The notes under the pieces: generated by a model
What the model saw: the letters and a program-made list of their open reading frames with translations, nothing else
Databases searched by the model: none
What the model was told of the DNA's origin: nothing
Assembly: GCA_023267635.1 (NCBI GenBank)
Contig: JAHFMX010000006.1
Coordinates: 1,940 to 65,939, forward strand
Source: a bacterium
Lineage (GTDB): Bacteria > Patescibacteriota > Minisyncoccia > Phycocordibacterales > UBA5272
Direction of reading: 5' to 3'
DNA: 64,000 nucleotides
In this document: positions 9,582 through 21,300 of the stretch, one piece after another
How the letters are laid out: each line of letters starts with the position of its first letter
How positions within the stretch are numbered: position 1 is the stretch's first letter
Made by a program: the position numbers and the translations under genes

Positions 9582-10778
9582 ATGATATTTGATAGTTACA
9601 ATTATGATCTGTACAGCTTAAGAAGATTTAAGCAAGGCTACTCAGAGACTTATAACTGGGACTATCCAATATATATTTCTGCTCCTTCTGGCTCTGATGG
9701 CTTTGCTTATGTTACTTACGCTGAGGATTTTAGTGATCTTATTTCTCTTGATGCCTATGTCAGAACTGATGTAAATTTTATAGATCAATTCTCTCTGGCT
9801 GCTTATAAGTCTTATGCGGAAGATTTCCAAGATACCATTTCACTAAAAGTTTATGCTCGATCACAGGCAAACTTTACTGATCAACTAAGTTTGGCGATTT
9901 ATAACCTTACTCAGGCAGATATGACTGATCAACTAAGCTTGTCTGTTTATAAATTAGCTGCTGCTAGTTTCACAGATCAGGTAAGTCTAAGCATATACCA
10001 AGCTACTCAGGCTTTGTTTATTGATGACATATCACTGAGTGTTTATAAGAACTTCAATGTTGGTTTTGTAGATCAATTAAGTCTATCAGCATTAGCAGGA
10101 AGTAGTATTACATTCATTGACAGCCTTGATCTTAAAATTTACACAGCATCAAGCGTTCTTTTCAAAGACATAATTAGTACCTCGGTCTACACCCCAGCAA
10201 CCGTGGCCTTTGTAGATCAGCTCAGCATATCTGCACTAAAGACTTATTACCAATCAGTAATAGACCAGATAGCTATGTCTGTCTACGCTGGTACAGAAGT
10301 TGGCTTCATTGATCAGATCAGTCTTGCAGCAGTTGAGAAGTACATTGGCTATGCGCTTAATTTGGAAACAGGTGCTTTATCTAAATTAGAGGGCTTCAAG
10401 ATTGATACCGTTTCTGGAAGGTTCTGCTGTGATAAGAATGGAATCTACACATTCGATGGCAGTTTAAATATTGCAGCACAGATACCCGCTTTTATTGAAA
10501 CCGGTGACTTGAGCTTGAAAAGCAATGCTTTGAAAACTGCTTCTTATGCTTATACCATTCAAGAAAGTGGCCCGATGGTGCTAACTGTTACAGCTGATTC
10601 AGAAGACTTTGAATATGACATTGACGCTGTTGATGTACCTTTTGAAGTGAGCAGAACTAAACTTGCTGACGGGGTTTCAGATGTTTATTGGAAGTTCAAA
10701 CTTGCTAACTCCAATGGTAGCTCAAATAAAGTCCACAGTATAGACTTGTTGGTTTCAGAAAAACAGAGGAAGTTCTGA
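9582..10778 (+). CDS. virion protein with ~12 tandem ~20-aa repeats (consensus F-x-DQLSLS-x-YK-x-x-x-A)
   Basis: Repeats visible in translation (FTDQLSLAIYNLTQADMTDQLSLSVYKLAAASFTDQVSLSIYQATQALFIDDISLSVYK and so on). Confidence 0.5.
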   Translation: MIFDSYNYDLYSLRRFKQGYSETYNWDYPIYISAPSGSDGFAYVTYAEDFSDLISLDAYVRTDVNFIDQFSLAAYKSYAEDFQDTISLKVYARSQANFTDQLSLAIYNLTQADMTDQLSLSVYKLAAASFTDQVSLSIYQATQALFIDDISLSVYKNFNVGFVDQLSLSALAGSSITFIDSLDLKIYTASSVLFKDIISTSVYTPATVAFVDQLSISALKTYYQSVIDQIAMSVYAGTEVGFIDQISLAAVEKYIGYALNLETGALSKLEGFKIDTVSGRFCCDKNGIYTFDGSLNIAAQIPAFIETGDLSLKSNALKTASYAYTIQESGPMVLTVTADSEDFEYDIDAVDVPFEVSRTKLADGVSDVYWKFKLANSNGSSNKVHSIDLLVSEKQRKF

Positions 10779-11776
10779 TGCAGTGGAGGGGTAAAGAACT
10801 TGGCTCTCAGGAAATGAAACCGGTTACATTTAAACTTTATGGTGATCCTGGGGTTGCTTCAAAGTATATGGATAAAGGACGTTTTCATTTAGGCGAACTT
10901 AAACTAAGGATGCAGCTTAATAGCAATTTGACATGGGGAGAGCAAAGAATAGATGTTGTTGATGGGACGATAATACATGTCATGACAAATAGAAATGGGT
11001 TATCAGATATTGATGAAATTACTATAGATGTTACAGCACTAGCTGATAAAACACCAAAAGAGAAGATATGTAAAGGCTTCATAGCTATGGTCAACGCAGT
11101 TAACTTTAACAGTGTTAACACACAGCTTAATGTACAGGGTCCTGATGACACTACACACACTTTTTTACATACAACGTATACCCCAGCAGCACAATTTGTC
11201 TACTTGGAAAATGCTGTTCCCGGCATTATACCTAATACTTTTGATGATACTGATGATCCTGAAGTTGGTGGGTACAAGAGAATACTGTATGGAGAACTTT
11301 CTACAGATTCAGTAGACTATAAGTATGCACCATTACTAACTTTTCGTAATTCCAGGCAGAATATAGCTGTGTGCAGGGGCATACCAGTTTATAATGGATC
11401 ATCTATTACTGTAACTTATTCTGTAAATTTTGAAGGCTTTATTGCGGTAGTTCCAGGAAGTATAACATATAATTTTATAGACCCTGAACTTTCTGGTAGA
11501 GACCCTGATTTATCAGGGCCTAATAACACAGTTTCAAGGGCTTTTCATAACTTCACAGCAACAGCTAGTGTGCCAAAAGGTGACTATGTACTACAAGCTG
11601 CTGGTAAAGTTGATGTTCTTTTGATTTGTGATAAAGGGTTAGAAAAAGCACAGTTTACTTTTTCTGATGTGAACACTATTTTTTATTCTCAGGAAATGGT
11701 AGTTACTGTTGGTAAAAAATTTAAGAATGTATCAGAGATAGTTAAAGTCAGAGACTTAACTACATTAATAAGCTAG
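10778..11776 (+). CDS. hypothetical virion/tail protein
   Basis: 332-aa ORF, ATGA-coupled to upstream gene. Confidence 0.45.
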   Translation: MQWRGKELGSQEMKPVTFKLYGDPGVASKYMDKGRFHLGELKLRMQLNSNLTWGEQRIDVVDGTIIHVMTNRNGLSDIDEITIDVTALADKTPKEKICKGFIAMVNAVNFNSVNTQLNVQGPDDTTHTFLHTTYTPAAQFVYLENAVPGIIPNTFDDTDDPEVGGYKRILYGELSTDSVDYKYAPLLTFRNSRQNIAVCRGIPVYNGSSITVTYSVNFEGFIAVVPGSITYNFIDPELSGRDPDLSGPNNTVSRAFHNFTATASVPKGDYVLQAAGKVDVLLICDKGLEKAQFTFSDVNTIFYSQEMVVTVGKKFKNVSEIVKVRDLTTLIS

Positions 11777-11786
11777 GAGTAAAAAA

Positions 11787-13712
11787 ATGGGCTCAATAAC
11801 GTTTTTTAAGCCACCACAAGATGGAACTCTTGGTAATTGGCCTAATTGGTATCCGGATAGTTCAGGGATAAAGACCTACACAGAAGACAGGTTCGATAAA
11901 GCCATTGCTTACAGAGACGTTGTTTTAAACAACCTCTATTCAAAACTGGCTGACTTGAATGATGATCTGCTTGCTTTACAGCAATCTCCTGGTGCTACTG
12001 CCAACATAGACTTGGCTGTGCTTGACACACTAAATGCTACGTTCGAGAAGCAGGTAGCTCCGGTTAAACCCACTATATCAGTGGCATTCCCTGATGCCCC
12101 GGCAGATGCCGTACTTGGTACTGTGTCACCTTTTGTCCTTGAGCCAGTACCCGTGTTGACAAGGGCTGAGCCTATTGCTAAAGAGATAGCTCCCCCATCT
12201 AAGTTCACTAAAGTTGCCCCTACTATGGAAGACCTTCCTGTACGTGGTTTCCCTGCTACCCCTACATACACACTACCCACAGTGCCACTAGCTAGAGCAT
12301 TAGTTCTACCAAGTGATCCAGTAATTGATGACGTGCAGTTCTTAGGTGTTACACCCGACAGACTTGGTACTCCAACACCCTACACTTTCACCTTCACTGA
12401 CCAGGATTATGAGTCAGCACTTAGCACTCAGTTGAAAAGCACACTGCTTGATCTGGTTCTTAACTTCAGACAGACAGGTCTCGGTGATACCATACTCAAT
12501 CAAAAATGGGATCAGGGGCGTGAACGCACTAACGCCGTGATGCAAGGAGCTATCTACAACATTTCTCGCTTATTCGCCAGTGCCGGGTGGGACTTGGATA
12601 CTGGCTCCGAAGCAGAACTCATTATGCAGGCTATGGGTGCCAAAGAAGAGCAAGATATACTGGAGTCAAGAAATATTCAGGTATCAGAAGCAACACTCAT
12701 ACAAAACAACTTCCAGTTTAGCTTCACTCAAGCCTTAGCATTAGAAGGTCAATGGCTCTCACATCATGATACCCAGCAACAAAGGGCACTGGATGCAGCC
12801 AAAGCTGTACTTGATGCTTCAGTCCAATATGGAAACTTACTAGTGGCTTACCTTCAGGCTGACGTAGCTTTGTACACAGCTAATGCTACAGTCTTCGCTG
12901 AAAGGATCAAAGCTTCTTTGAACAAATTGGAAATTTACCGGAGCAAGCTGGAAGGTCTTAAGCTCATTAGTGAGCTTAATCAACAAGACATTGACCGTTA
13001 CAAAAGTCAGATCGAGGCAATTGTAGCTGTCTTTGGTCTCTACAAAGATCAACTGGAAGGTGAGAAGATTAAGATTGAGGCTGATGGCTTGAAGGTTCAA
13101 CAATTCCAGGGTAGGATTTCTGCTTTCGCAGAAGAGCGCCAAGCTAAGGCTTTAGAATATGAAGGCTTCAAAAGTGAATGGGGTGCTGAAGAAACCAAGG
13201 CCAGAGTCTTCCAGTCCATTGTTGACTCATTCAAAGCGAAAGCTGATGTGATGAAATCTGTCAATGAGTCTAAACTTCAGAAGATGGATGCAGACATTAA
13301 GCTTAACTTTGATGTACCACTGGACATTCTTGACAAGAAGACAAGTGTTTACAAGGCTAAGATTGATGCTAAACGCTCAGAGATCGGGGCAATCACAGAC
13401 CTTTACAAAACGGATGCTGATGTTTTTGGGACACTTACCAGTGCAGAAAGTACACGTGTCACTTCTGAATTGAAGTCTGTAGAGCTTAAGCTTGATGGTC
13501 AGGTGAAAAAAGTGACAACTGAGTTGGAAGCATTTAAAATTAACTTAGGTAATATATTATCACAGAAAGAATTGCTAATTTCTGGAGAAGAAAAGGAAGC
13601 TGCTCTCTTGGCTCAAGTAGCGTCCAGCATAACCGGATCAGTAAGTCATTCATGTGGTATCAGTGGTTCTTCTTCTTACCCGAATGCAGAACCAATACTT
13701 GTAACAACTTAG
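11787..13712 (+). CDS. putative internal virion / ejection protein, C-terminal half coiled-coil
   Basis: 641 aa; the long K/E/L-rich heptad region after residue ~330 is seen in the sequence. The internal-virion/ejection role is inferred only from position upstream of the giant ORF (order resembles podovirus internal core gene sets). Confidence 0.4.
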   Translation: MGSITFFKPPQDGTLGNWPNWYPDSSGIKTYTEDRFDKAIAYRDVVLNNLYSKLADLNDDLLALQQSPGATANIDLAVLDTLNATFEKQVAPVKPTISVAFPDAPADAVLGTVSPFVLEPVPVLTRAEPIAKEIAPPSKFTKVAPTMEDLPVRGFPATPTYTLPTVPLARALVLPSDPVIDDVQFLGVTPDRLGTPTPYTFTFTDQDYESALSTQLKSTLLDLVLNFRQTGLGDTILNQKWDQGRERTNAVMQGAIYNISRLFASAGWDLDTGSEAELIMQAMGAKEEQDILESRNIQVSEATLIQNNFQFSFTQALALEGQWLSHHDTQQQRALDAAKAVLDASVQYGNLLVAYLQADVALYTANATVFAERIKASLNKLEIYRSKLEGLKLISELNQQDIDRYKSQIEAIVAVFGLYKDQLEGEKIKIEADGLKVQQFQGRISAFAEERQAKALEYEGFKSEWGAEETKARVFQSIVDSFKAKADVMKSVNESKLQKMDADIKLNFDVPLDILDKKTSVYKAKIDAKRSEIGAITDLYKTDADVFGTLTSAESTRVTSELKSVELKLDGQVKKVTTELEAFKINLGNILSQKELLISGEEKEAALLAQVASSITGSVSHSCGISGSSSYPNAEPILVTT

Positions 13713-13721
13713 GAGTAAATC

Positions 13722-15350
13722 ATGCTTAGTGAATTAAATAGAATGAGGGGTGACATCCTTGGTGTAGCCGGAGTTCCCGGAGGTTTAAATGCCTTGAGGG
13801 AGGACTTACTCACACCATCTTTCGCTAAAGGCGGCATGATACCCTACAAGGATGGTGGCATGATAGTGGGGGAAGGCACACCAACGTCGGATAGTATTTC
13901 TGCTGAGCTCCCACCCGGCGCATTTATTGTATCTGCTAAGATGCTCAAAATGTTTGGCCAGCCTTTGTTTGATTATATCCTGTCTTTAGGTGAGACAGCT
14001 GCGGAAGACACTGGAGAAGGTCAAGAAGAGGCACCTGTTAAAGTCTCACAAGGTGAACTCTACATACCACCGGAAGCAGCCAAAGCTTTTGGCCTGGACA
14101 AGCTACAAGGCATGGCTGATGCAGCTAATGGTAAGGCTCCTATGCTAGGAGAGAATGCAGAAATGATGCCTGATCAGGAAAGTATGCCTGAAGGTTCAAT
14201 GGAGCCTCAAAAGTTTTCTGATGCAGGTGTTGTCAAGAAGAAAGATGATGATTACCTAGGCATACCGGAAGCCGGCAGGAATGCTGCAAAAGCTGTAATA
14301 GGAGAGAAGGGCTATAATGCTGTTACGGGTGCAGTCAACTCAGGTGAAGCTGCTCTAGGTGCAGGTGCAACTGCTTTGAAGGACTCAGCTGTTTCTGGGA
14401 CTCAAAGAATTGGTAATGCTTTTCAAGGTAATCAACAGGGCTATGGCCTTTTGGATGTCCCCGGTAAGATTTTTAGCAGACCTGTTGATCAGGTTACTGC
14501 ACCACAAACAGCAGCTACCCCTTTGACTAAGACTCCTGCTACAGCGCCTACCACACCCCCTATCGCTGCAACTCCTACAGTAACGGCTAAACCACCACAG
14601 ACTACAGTACCTTCTCAATCCACTACATCTTCACAACCTGGCAGGTCTCAAGTTGACATAGCTGATGCAGCCACAGCAGCACTAGGTGTACAAAATCAAC
14701 AACGTTGGGAGGCTCAGGATGCCCAAGCTGCACAGGTAAAAGCTAATCAGGATAAGACACAGCAAGCTAAAGATGACGCTGACTTCCGCAGAAGACAAGA
14801 CCAGTACTTTGACACCTTGTACAAAGAGCAAGGTGCAATCGGTAATGCCTTGAATAATGGTATTCCGGTCGAGGCAATACCTAAGAAATCAGCTGGTGCT
14901 GAGTATGCTTTGGGGGATCGTGGACAAACTTTACAAAACCAACTTGGTAACAGGCAGTCTGATGTTGCTGAACAGAACAGCATAAGATCAAATGCCCAAG
15001 AAGATAGAAGAACAGAAGCACTTAAAGGATACTACGGCGGGCATAGTGACACACCAAAAGTGGGAGAAAATAAATTCTCAAGGGATGAAAATGGTAATAT
15101 TTACCCTACTTCAGGCCCAGTGGCTGACCAAAAGTATGCTCAGGAAGCTCCTGCAAGGGCACACAAATTCATAGCTGAAAACTTGTTTAGTGACCCTTTG
15201 TCAATAGACCCCTCTGATCCTGAGATAAATAACCCAACTACCAGAAGTTTCATTCAGCAGTTACTAAGCACTAACCCTGATAAGGCTAATGAGCTCTTCA
15301 GTAACCCAGCTGTTAAGGCACACTTTTCTAAATTCGTACCAGCACAATAA
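13722..15350 (+). CDS. putative internal virion protein with low-complexity Pro/Thr/Gln-rich linker
   Basis: 542 aa; segment TAPQTAATPLTKTPATAPTTPPIAATPTVTAKPPQTT; adjacent to giant ORF. Confidence 0.4.
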   Translation: MLSELNRMRGDILGVAGVPGGLNALREDLLTPSFAKGGMIPYKDGGMIVGEGTPTSDSISAELPPGAFIVSAKMLKMFGQPLFDYILSLGETAAEDTGEGQEEAPVKVSQGELYIPPEAAKAFGLDKLQGMADAANGKAPMLGENAEMMPDQESMPEGSMEPQKFSDAGVVKKKDDDYLGIPEAGRNAAKAVIGEKGYNAVTGAVNSGEAALGAGATALKDSAVSGTQRIGNAFQGNQQGYGLLDVPGKIFSRPVDQVTAPQTAATPLTKTPATAPTTPPIAATPTVTAKPPQTTVPSQSTTSSQPGRSQVDIADAATAALGVQNQQRWEAQDAQAAQVKANQDKTQQAKDDADFRRRQDQYFDTLYKEQGAIGNALNNGIPVEAIPKKSAGAEYALGDRGQTLQNQLGNRQSDVAEQNSIRSNAQEDRRTEALKGYYGGHSDTPKVGENKFSRDENGNIYPTSGPVADQKYAQEAPARAHKFIAENLFSDPLSIDPSDPEINNPTTRSFIQQLLSTNPDKANELFSNPAVKAHFSKFVPAQ

Positions 15351-15355
15351 ACGAC

Positions 15356-18300
15356 ATGGCTAACTTAATTGGGCAGCAAGCTAGAGTAAAACCTTCAGAT
15401 GATCAGGATTTTTTAGGTGCCATAAATAGTTATGGGGGGGCATCAAGCACTTCTGCTACTACTCAGAAGAACCCTGATCAGGAATTCACTGACACCATAA
15501 ATAGCTATGGGGATCAGACAGGAACTCTGGGTGCCTATGGGCAGACTTTTGTTCAAGCTGCTAAAGGCGTACCAGGTTTTATTGGACAAGCAATAGAAGG
15601 AGGTACTCCATTTGACCAAGAAAATGGTGTTGATCAAATAGTAAAAGACACTCAAAAATCTAATGAAGAATTTGCTAGTGGCTCTGATGCAGAACAGCCA
15701 GTTCTTGGTGGTCTTGCAAAAGTAAAAGATATAAAAGGGTCAGCTGGAAGTTTGACCAGCTCCCTAGCAACTATGGCACCAACGGTTATAGGGGGCTTGA
15801 TTGGTGGTGCTTTAGGTGGTCCAGCAGCACCATTGACAGCAACAGCAGGTGCTACTATTGGGGGGCTTATAGGTGGGGGTCTAGGCTATCTAGGCATGTC
15901 CAGACAATCAGAGAATCAACTAATACGTGATGTTGTTGACAAAGAAGATCAAACAAGGTCAGCTCAAGGTAAACCATTACTAAATCAAGATGAAAAAGTA
16001 GCTAAGCAGAATGCTCTGCTTGAGTCGGGAGACCCACAACTACAAGGATTTGCAGAAGCTGCTGGGGAGACTATAGGTAACTTCCTTGAAATTGCAGCAG
16101 CCATGACACCTTTAGGCAAGCTTGGAAATGTCCTGAAAGCTGTTGGAGGCCCATTTTCTGGGGCTTTAGCTACAGCAGCCTTAAGAGGTACAGGGATACT
16201 AGCTGTTGAAAACATAGAAGAGCAAGCTACCAATCTTGTACAAAACCCTATTGCAAAAAGACAAGGGCTTCCTGAAGCCACTGCAGCTGAGACAGCAAAG
16301 CAAACAACATTAGCTACATTACCATTTGCAGCTCTTGGAATGGGGGTTGGTGGTTATCATGACTATAAATCAGCAAAAAAAGAAAAAGACTTCCAAGAGT
16401 ATTTAGCCGGTGCTTCGACTGAAGAACTACAAAGCAATATACAGACTTTACAAACTCCATCACCTGAAGATGATGAGCAAACAGCCCAGTATAAGCAAAG
16501 TCTAGCCCAAGCTTATACTGATGAACTTAACAGCAGAGGTACTACAGATGAAAATAACAACCAGGCAACAGGTGCAGAGCAACCTTCGGGAATCGGGGGA
16601 ATTGCTAATAGGCCAACTACACTTGATAGAGGAACTCCAAAGCAAGAACCAGGAACTAATGGACAAGGTGTCAATGTTACTGAACCTGCTGGAGCTTCAA
16701 GAAGAAGTGTGGAACCCATTCCACAAGAAGAAACCAGACAACCTGGACTTGATGAGCGTGGAAGTACTCTAAGTAACATATCTGATGAGGGCTTAAAAAA
16801 AGCCATAGAGCTTCTGAACAAACATGAAACTGATTCTCCAGAAGCCATTAAGAGTAAAGAAGATGCTATAACTTTTTACAGCAATGAACTTGAAAGAAGA
16901 AAACCACCCACCCAACCAATAGAGGAAACTCAAAATGAAAAACAAAAAATCACCAATGAAACCGATGCCAATGCCAATGAAGCAAATGCCGAAACCGGGC
17001 AAGGGCAAGAAGGGTTGCAAGTAATCCAACCAAACATAACTCAACCAAACATAACTGAAGAGGGTACAAACCTTGAGCAAGCAGGCACGGCAACGTCAAA
17101 GAATGCGGGACAAACGACAAAAGAGGAAACAGGAACTACCACAGTCAGTAGTACTGGTGAAGGAGGGCTAGTTAATGTTAATCAAGCAGCACCTGTCACA
17201 GGTATTGGAGCAGAACAAGCAAAGCAGGGAACAAGTTTTGGTCAACCAGGACTTGCTGAGTCTGTTGAAGCCCAGCAGAAAGAAGAAGTTGTGGGCTCAA
17301 TTCCTACAACTGCTTCCGTGGGAGCCACAGGTGCACAGAAGTCCAAAGCCCCAGTAGTAAGTGAGGGAGCTCCCCAACCTGCTACAGCAGGGGGACAAAC
17401 AACTCCTGACTACTCATACCTCTCTGACAAAGGCTTCACCCCTGAAGAAATACAACATGTAGGAGAAGCAAGTAAGACCCACAAAGACCTTAATGGCTGG
17501 GCACGAGGTAGATTTGGGTATGATCGGGTCAAGGGTGTCAACTTCACACAATCAATAGCACCTAATGCACCTGCCATTAATAATGAAGTGGATGCAGCAG
17601 CACATGAAGCAGCAGCTTCCCCATTAAATGATCTTGCACATCCTTCACAAGCTCAGATAGAAGCAGAAAACCCAAAACTAGGACATATTGAAAACTTTCA
17701 TGGCATGTCAATTTCAATAGAGAATCCTGAAGGCTCGGTTCGTTCTGGTGTTTCACTGGAGGGCAGACCTTGGCAAAATACTTTAAAAAACCATTATGGG
17801 TACATCAAAGGCACAGTGGGTAATGACAATGATCATGTGGATACTTTCATTGGGCCTGATGTTGGTTCTCAAAAAGCCTTCATAGTCAACCAAAACCATG
17901 TTACCAGAGGCATAGGAACTAATAGGTTTGATGAGCACAAAGTCATCCTTGGGGCAAAGACCAAGAAGCAAGCTCTTCAAATCTATCATGACAATTATGA
18001 AAAAGGTTGGCAAGGCATGGGAAGCATCACTCAAATGTCTGTTGGTCAATTAAAGGAGCAGCTAGGTACTGGGAAGTTAACGAAGCCTGTTTTGCAAGAG
18101 CAAGTTAGTCAACAGGAAACCAACCAATCTAATAAGCCTGAAGCTCCCACACCTAAAGGTTACATGAGCACTGGGGATGTTTTTTCAAGGTTAACATCAA
18201 AACAAAGAGCTTTTCATAAGTCAGGGAAACTTATTGTAGTTCCTACAGAGGAGCAACTTCCTGCTAGTCTAAGACCTAAAAAAGGTGAGGAATCCTCAAT

Positions 18301-21300
18301 ACCTGGGCTATATCACCCCAAAGAAGATAAGATTTATGTTGTTGCACACAACATCAAGCATGATGAGCTAAATGGCCTTCTCGCCCATGAGTTTTTACAT
18401 AGGGCTGTTCGTGTAGATAAAGTATTCAAAGGTAAGTTTGACAAATTTGATAGAGGTCTCACTGCTCGGTTTAATATGGCTGGTCGTGGTATTGGTTCAG
18501 ATATTGAGAAAGCAGCTTACAAGCATGTTGTTGATGCTGGTACCCCACAACACCAATTATTAGATGAGTATAAGTCCTACTTGGTGCAAGAGTATGCTAA
18601 GAACCCTGATAGCTTTGTTGGTGAAATTAAACGACTAATTGAGGAATTCATCGCTGCCATTAAAGTAGCCCTTGTTAAATCTGGACTTGATTCTGGATTC
18701 ATTGAAAAGCTAACACCTGCCGATCTGTATGAAATGAGCAAGTATGGAGCTGAGCAGGTTGAATCTACGCAACCACAAAAGAATAATGAAGCCCTTAAAT
18801 CATTCATTGGAGTTAAATCTCAGACTGCTCCAAAATATGAACTATCCACTGCCATGTCTGATATTGAAGCAGGAGAAAACCCTGAAGGGGTAAGGAAAGA
18901 CACTGGCTGGTTCAAAGGAGCTGACGAGCATTGGAGATTTGAGATTGATGACAGTGAAGCAAAGCTTGATGAAAAAGAAGTTAACACACTAAAGGGGTAC
19001 TACAAATTAGGCAGGCTAAGTGGGCTTGAAAAAATTCTTATACACCCCAAACTTTTCGCAGCTTATCCGCAGCTTAGAACTATTGGTATAAAGTTTGCAA
19101 AACTTCAGGAAGGTGTTGGTGGTGGGACAAGCCAAGATGGGAAATTCATAACTCTGAATGTTGACCTTAAAGACGATAAAATTTTATCAGTTCTTTTACA
19201 TGAAGCCCAGCATGCCGTTCAAATACATGAAGGCTGGGCTGGTGGGGGTTCCCCATCAACTTTCCAAAAGGAGTTTGTTGAAAGAGTGGAACTCTTAGAA
19301 AAAATTGTAAAAGATATAAATAATGAGCTATCTGTCCAAGCAGGCATAATGAATAAGTATGAAGTCAGAGGGTCTTACAGAAAATATACAGCTCCTGAAG
19401 GGTACACTGCTGCTGCAAAATATGATGAACTAATGCAGGAAAGATCAGATGCTGCGAAATCTTTAAGACGGATTGGTCTACTTAATGATGTAGCGGATAC
19501 CTCACGTAAAATATATTCTAGGTTATATGGTGAGATTGAGGCACGTAATGTGCAGAGAAGGATGGACTTTTCTGCACAAGAAAGGGAGAAGTTTTCTCCT
19601 GAAGGTACCCAAGATTACGCAAATAAAGACGCTGTTATTCTGTGGGCTAATGCTGATGTTAAGGGCTTATTATTTCCTGAAAATGAAGCAGACCTACTTT
19701 ACTCAAAGAAAACTAAAACTCAAGAAGGAATTAAATTAAATGAAAGAAAACCAACTGAAATCTCTACAAAAGAAACCTCAGAGTACACAAAAAGAAATAT
19801 CCTCAATACCAGCAGACTTGACAGAACTAGTCATGCAGAAAAAAGGTATTTCCAAGAAAGAAGCGGAAACTCTGCTGAGAGAGTTCGGGGCATAAAAGGA
19901 GTTTTCTCACCAGGAAAGAGCATAACTTCCGATTTTGAAAAAGCTGGAGTACCTAGCCCTGAGTACCATGAGTGGTTTAATGGTAATAAGATGGTTGAAA
20001 AGTACATGGGCATTATGACTAAAGCACAGAACACGAAGTTTGGTGCCGCAGTTTACATCTACCCAAAAGAAGATTATCGGAAAATGAGAATCTTTGTAAC
20101 ACCGGATGAGCTCTCAGGGTTTGCACTAAAGACTGACGGCGATATTGTTAGTGTAGTAAGCTTACCAGAAGCGCCTTCAGGTAGAGTTTACTCAATGATG
20201 GCGCTTGCTACGGAACTTGGTGGCACTAAGCTCGACGCTTTTGATACTGTTTTACCTGAAATTTATGCTGTGTCTGGTTTCAAAGAAGTTGGCCGGGTAA
20301 ACTGGAATGAAGACTACAAACCTGATAACTGGGATAAGGAGGTTTTCAGTAAGTTTAATAATGGGGAGCCAGATGTGGTCTTTATGGAGTATGACCCCAC
20401 CTATAGCCCTTTTAAAAGATCAGAGATAGAAGTCTCATTGTCTAATGCACAGCATACAATACCTGGTATTTCCAAACTCACTAAAGAATTTGTAGATGGA
20501 GATACCACAGCTGGTGTTCTGTTGAGGGAGCTCGGCCATGACTCTTTAGACTACCTGACTTCAGGTATAAAGTCAGTAAGCATAAGTTACAAAGACCCAA
20601 CTGGTGTGTATGGTGGAGACAAAGAGCCTTCACTTGGAGTAGCTGCATCCTTTGAAGAAAAAGATCGGAAAGAAGTTCTTAGAGCCTTAGCACAATTTGC
20701 TAAGAACTTCGACCAAGAACAATTTCATGTACTAGGCTCAGTAGGCACAAATACTGAAGTCATGCACGTCTATGATGATGGCTCTTACAATACCAAAGTT
20801 TATAGCTTCACTTTAAATAAGGTGCCAAGTGAAAAAGAAGTTAGCAAATTAATTAATAACTCAGGATTATATGGGCTAACCATTTCCGGTAGCACCCTTG
20901 AATCCTACTATGTGGAGCAAGATCAAAATGACGCAAATGAATACAAAGAGTGGACAAGTAAAATCGACAAGCTCCACGAAATTATCTCCGGCAGAAATCT
21001 CAAAAGCTATGGAGAAAAAGTGGCGAGACTCTGGGTCTACGGTAGCGGAAACAGAGCCATCAGCTATGGTCAAATTGAAGGCAAATTTCACCCATCGTAC
21101 ACCGACCAAGGGCAAAAAGCTTCTCAACGGGTAGCTTCAAGATTGATTGGCAGAGACGTTAAAGCCCCTTCAATACCTAAAACAGTTACTCCTGAACAGA
21201 AAGCACTACAAGCCTCAATTGCTCAAGCTTATGATGAAATGCGAATCAATGCCCTTGATCAGACGAACGTTATACGAGCCTACAAGGAGCTAGCTTCAGA

